Source of the DNA: Cyanobacteria bacterium P01_D01_bin.156
Lineage (GTDB): Bacteria; Cyanobacteriota; Cyanobacteriia; Phormidesmidales; Phormidesmidaceae
Length of the DNA stretch: 64,000 bases
Reading direction: 5' to 3'
NCBI GenBank assembly: GCA_039024555.1
Contig: JBCCQQ010000017.1
Location: 38,252-102,251 of the forward strand
In this document: positions 60,801 to 64,000 of the stretch, one piece after another
How positions within the stretch are numbered: position 1 is the stretch's first letter
Layout of the letters: each line of letters begins with the position of its first letter
Notes under the pieces: model-generated
What the model was told of the DNA's origin: nothing
What the model saw: the letters and a program-made list of their open reading frames with translations, nothing else
Databases searched by the model: none
Position numbers and translations under genes: made by a program

Positions 60801-63800
60801 GACTTAATAGGAAGTGGAGACCCCAGATTAGCTACAGGTGTTGTTAACGGGCACAATGCTATTCGCTTTGATGGAGATGGCGATAAATTAGAGCGCACGC
60901 TTGATGTCAACCTTCCCTCGGGAAATAGCGATCGCACCATCTTTCTTGTTGCTAAATATGACAGCACTGGCAATGGTGGTTTAACCTATGGTCAAACATC
61001 GCGAGGTAGGGCATTCGGCCTAGTTGTTAACGAAAGTGGTAATCTTGGTGTCCAAGCTTGGGGTAGCGCTAATGACGAGTTTACGTCAGAGGCTGGTACT
61101 GGTCAGGGCTGGTTAGTTCAATCCATTAAACTAGAATCCGGCAGCCTCACTCAGTATAAAGATGGCAATTTAATCGATACAGCTACTGTAGATTACGACA
61201 CTTCTTTAGCTCAGTTGTTAATTGGTTCGGAACTTGATGGTAGCCCATTCCTAGATATGGATGTGGCCTCCGTTGTTACCTATGATCGTGCCCTTTCCGA
61301 AGCAGAACGTCTGCAGGTAGAAAACTTCTTGCAGAATCGTTACCTTGGTTCCGGCAGTCCTGTAAATAATGCCCCTGACGCTGTAGAAGATAGCTTCAGC
61401 GTAGATGCAGGTAGTACCAACAATATCCTCACTGTTTTGGCCAACGATAGTGACCCAGATGGCGATCCGCTTACTATCGTTGAAGCTAGCACAAATGGCA
61501 GCGGTGCAGTCACTATTGCTGGCAATGCCTTGAGCTACACGCCCAATGTTGGATTTACCGGGACAGAAACAGTGACCTACGTTGTTTCGGATGGTAGGGG
61601 TGGTACTGATACGGCTCAAGCTACGATCAATGTAGCCTTGAATACTAATCAGCCTCCCGATGCAGTCAATGACAGCTTTACAGTAGATGAAGACAGTAGC
61701 AATAGCGTACTACAGGTTCTATCTAACGATAGCGATCCGGATTCAGCATCAGGGCTGATTGATCTCAACGATTATTTGATTGAATTAGCTCCCACTTATA
61801 GCAAGCCGCTGAAGGTGATTGACGATGTCGCTGGCGGGGCTTTAGACGGTGTGAGTTTTGTCTTTGATTCCACTGATGTGGGCGGAGAAGCTCACTTCCA
61901 TCAGCCACAGGCCCCTGACTATTTGACACAGCATAATGTAGCTAGTAATGGTCCACAGATTAACTTTACTTTTGCCAGACAAGATGGACAGGCATTTTCC
62001 TTCGAGAGCTTTGACTATACCAGTGACCTCCAGTTTGACTTGAATGGGTCTGCTAATGCGGGCTTTACGGTGATTGGTTCTGTTGCTGGTGGTGGCACTG
62101 TTTCTCAAACCTTTGGAGCTGCCAGTGCAATTGATACGTTACAAACGGCAACTTTGAACGGTATTGGTTGGGATAATGTCACATCAGTTCGATTCCTAGG
62201 TGATCGGATTGAAAACGACCTCACTGCGCAGCTGACCCAAGAGTTAAACATTGATAATGTTGTTGTTGGAGCAGCACTATCGATTACTTCGGTAGGTACC
62301 CCCGATCAGGGTGGAACAGTCTCCATCAGTGGTGGCACGCTGGTTTACACGCCTGCTTCTGACTTCAATGGTCAAGAAACCTTTACCTATACTGTTCAAG
62401 ATGCTTTAGGTGCTACAGATACGGCTACGGTGACGGTAACGGTTGCTCCAGTTAACGATACTCCTCTTGCTGTAGGGGATAGTTATAGCGTTGCCCAAAA
62501 CAGTACGGATAACGCTTTAAATGTCTTGGTCAATGATTTTGATCCAGATGGAGATCCGTTGACCATCATTGACCTTACCCAGCCTGATAATGGTGGTACG
62601 GTTGTTGTTAGTCAAGATGGTAATAGCCTCATATATACTCCAGCACCTGGATTCACTGGAACAGAGACCTTTAACTACAATGTTGAGGATCCATCGGGCG
62701 CAAGTAATCCCTTTATCCCTGGTTTCCCTGTTGGTCCGGCTGCTGTCAGCATTACAGTCACTGAACCCTCCAATTTGCCCATCACCAGTGGTTTGGTTCT
62801 GCAGTTAGATGCCGACAGTGGTGTTACTACAAATGGATCTCAGGTGGCCAGTTGGGCTGATCAGTCTGGGGCTGGTAACGATTTAACTGCTTTGGGTGAT
62901 CCAAATCTAATTATTGGTGCCCTCAATGGTCATAACGTTATTGACCTAGATGGTAATGGTGATGCACTGCAGCGTCTGACAGATATCAGTGGTTTACCAG
63001 AAGGCAACAGCGATCGCACAGTCTTCTTTGTTGCTAACTATCGCAGTGTTGGCAACGGTGGCTTTAGCTATGGCAGAGACAGACGTGGTGAAGCTTTTGG
63101 TGTAGTTGTTGATGAAAATGGCAATCTGGGTGTTCAAGGTTGGAGTAATGCAAGCGATCAAATTACAAGCGAATCAGGAACTAACCAGGGCTGGTTATTA
63201 CAGACTGCCAAGTTAGAAGCCGGTACGCTAACTCAGTACAAAGATGGCACCCTGATTGATACCAGTACGGCTGACTACAACACCACATTAGATCAGATTC
63301 TGTTGGGCTCTGAGATTGATGGCAGTCCATATGTGGATATGTCGGTAGCATCCGTTCTGGTCTTTGACCGGGCCCTTACAGCCACTGAACAACAACAGAT
63401 TGAAGCTTATCTTCAGAGCAAATACTTTGGCACAACACCCGGTGGTGGCAACACTGACCCTGTAGCCACTGCAGACACAGCAGTCACCCCCCAAGATACT
63501 GCGGTCAACATTGATGTACTGGCCAATGACAACGATACTGACGGTGACCCACTGACCCTAAGTATCTCAACCCAGGCCAACAGTGGAACCGCTTCGGTTA
63601 ACGACAATGGAACCCCTGGCGATGTCAGTGATGACTTCATCAGCTACACGCCTAATCCTGGTTTCAGTGGTAACGACTCGTTTGCTTACCAGGTGAGTGA
63701 TGGTAACGGTGGTACAGACACAGCAACCGTTAATGTTTCTGTTAGTGCGACTGGTGGTGGCAACACTGACCCTGTAGCCACTGCAGACACAGCAGTCACC

Positions 63801-64000
63801 CCCCAAGATACTGCGGTCAACATTGATGTACTGGCCAATGACAACGATACTGACGGTGACCCACTGACCCTGAGTATCTCAACCCAGGCTAACAGTGGAA
63901 CCGCTTCGGTTAACGACAATGGAACCCCTGGCGATGTCAGTGATGACTTCATCAGCTACACGCCCAATCCTGGTTTCAGTGGTAACGACTCGTTTGCTTA
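57687..64000 (+). CDS. Giant surface protein (partial, >2100 aa): DUF4347 - GSDH/PQQ-type propeller - PKD - Ig/cadherin-like repeats - two LamG-like domains
   Basis: AGGAG + GTG at 57687; HIVSHGNAGQLQLG..ADILIYGCNVA..GDWDLE; DHFGGGLNFGPDGKLY, GLRNPFR, NFGWP; TYLWDFGDG; LANDSDPDGD repeats; same frame confirmed at start, middle and window end. Confidence 0.9.
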   Translation, partial: MELTDLDFSPNILSGSTVGLLASDQAFGLNRPVGESNQLVVVDAGIGEYTELVEGLGASAAVLILDPTVDGISQIDSAISQFQSLDAVHIVSHGNAGQLQLGSTQLNSETLAVYKDVLEGWDDVLTDTADILIYGCNVAEGERGQSFVQQLSSTTGADIAASVDLTGSAALEGDWDLEVKVGSIETDLAFDNTVITNFDGVLMNDYVVQTDPNFQNEVIVTGLTSPTAAEFLPDGRVLVSEKNGTIKIIDPNVTVPSTSDYLVLPDVTTSGEKGLIDIALDPDFETNNYIYAFYTLGSDTTFQISRFIHQGNTADLSSEFVVWKDPNAASSPDHFGGGLNFGPDGKLYLTTGDKGQNTPQLAQDLTRIEGSILRINKDGTIPEDNPYFGNTQGYAEEIWASGLRNPFRSDWDLQTGDLYIGDVGFNDIEEVNRINFFDAQTTIQNGGDLNFGWPFHEGTSGGDPNFIDAIYEYPHTNDRFGSGAVISGSVYRGSMFPTEFQGAYFFGDFTQDYIKYLKFDGNGDVIDADPSTAIIDPFNFEQKTSNVNPEIKDLVFIDEGVDGALYYLNFTGELRRITYFDASGGNQPPQIDEQATGATSLGGLAYQFTGVANDSDGDTLTYLWDFGDGNQATGATVTHTYTSNGTYEPTLVVSDGQASTPDDSYKLSDINIGTPPTAAITIRTADGTALIPTTDTDPLTGEPRLVIQDLFRAGDTVFFEGLGNDLDGILGESNYDWKVQFLHDDHTHPTIDSLIASSGSFEITTTEHGFSADLQVGFTIDLTVTDADGLQITERVVIFPEKVDLSFNDNLPGDFEYIIDSIGRTSTDTDPFVLDTAINFEHTITAPETRDVNGFTYIFDSWSTGETNRVLNLAAPETAQTYIANYVEPNPDPEPPVAQNDGPITVAIDSANNVLNVLQNDSDPDPGDTLTVVGLSLTDTTSTDTSISTGNGSAVDISAAGDNLLYTPAAGFVGTEVVYYTISDSTGRTATASVTIGIDDGQLPVTSGLVLHLDADKNVTTDGSDLVTGWLDQSSSGNDLIGSGDPRLATGVVNGHNAIRFDGDGDKLERTLDVNLPSGNSDRTIFLVAKYDSTGNGGLTYGQTSRGRAFGLVVNESGNLGVQAWGSANDEFTSEAGTGQGWLVQSIKLESGSLTQYKDGNLIDTATVDYDTSLAQLLIGSELDGSPFLDMDVASVVTYDRALSEAERLQVENFLQNRYLGSGSPVNNAPDAVEDSFSVDAGSTNNILTVLANDSDPDGDPLTIVEASTNGSGAVTIAGNALSYTPNVGFTGTETVTYVVSDGRGGTDTAQATINVALNTNQPPDAVNDSFTVDEDSSNSVLQVLSNDSDPDSASGLIDLNDYLIELAPTYSKPLKVIDDVAGGALDGVSFVFDSTDVGGEAHFHQPQAPDYLTQHNVASNGPQINFTFARQDGQAFSFESFDYTSDLQFDLNGSANAGFTVIGSVAGGGTVSQTFGAASAIDTLQTATLNGIGWDNVTSVRFLGDRIENDLTAQLTQELNIDNVVVGAALSITSVGTPDQGGTVSISGGTLVYTPASDFNGQETFTYTVQDALGATDTATVTVTVAPVNDTPLAVGDSYSVAQNSTDNALNVLVNDFDPDGDPLTIIDLTQPDNGGTVVVSQDGNSLIYTPAPGFTGTETFNYNVEDPSGASNPFIPGFPVGPAAVSITVTEPSNLPITSGLVLQLDADSGVTTNGSQVASWADQSGAGNDLTALGDPNLIIGALNGHNVIDLDGNGDALQRLTDISGLPEGNSDRTVFFVANYRSVGNGGFSYGRDRRGEAFGVVVDENGNLGVQGWSNASDQITSESGTNQGWLLQTAKLEAGTLTQYKDGTLIDTSTADYNTTLDQILLGSEIDGSPYVDMSVASVLVFDRALTATEQQQIEAYLQSKYFGTTPGGGNTDPVATADTAVTPQDTAVNIDVLANDNDTDGDPLTLSISTQANSGTASVNDNGTPGDVSDDFISYTPNPGFSGNDSFAYQVSDGNGGTDTATVNVSVSATGGGNTDPVATADTAVTPQDTAVNIDVLANDNDTDGDPLTLSISTQANSGTASVNDNGTPGDVSDDFISYTPNPGFSGNDSFA
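63441..64000 (+). repeat. Near-identical 312-bp (104-aa) Ig-like tandem repeat, running off the window
   Basis: GGTGGTGGCAACACTGACCCTGTAGCCACTGCAG... at 63441 and 63753. Confidence 0.93.

Noticed and set aside
57294..63952. Short ORFs (mostly minus strand) listed across the last 7 kb
   Set aside because: Shadows of the giant plus-strand ORF or of the upstream duplication

Overview
A 64-kb cyanobacterial region (many HIP1 GCGATCGC octamers, xisI, Uma2, AAA_35 and DUF4347 families). It is probably from a filamentous Leptolyngbya-like strain, but the taxonomy is my inference. It is mostly a large surface-polysaccharide locus: wza/wzc, a WecA-type initiating transferase, about a dozen glycosyltransferases, an ABC exporter, two Wzy-like membrane proteins, a nonulosonic-acid module (neuA, multidomain neuB, two methyltransferases, a Maf-like transferase), fcl and two paralogous sulfotransferase-like genes. 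Interleaved are dinB, a proteobacterial-type metK-ahcY pair, a four-gene STAND signalling block, IS630/IS4/MITE debris and the 5' part of a >2100-aa DUF4347 surface protein that the ORF track misses. The most notable non-coding finds are a two-copy tandem NsiR1-like sRNA, each copy with a DIF1-like promoter and terminator (43350-43571), similar promoter motifs before several polysaccharide genes, and an attenuator-like leader ahead of an Arg-rich Zn-ligand protein that heads the ~17-kb glycan gene run. All family calls come from motif recognition by eye; no searches were run.
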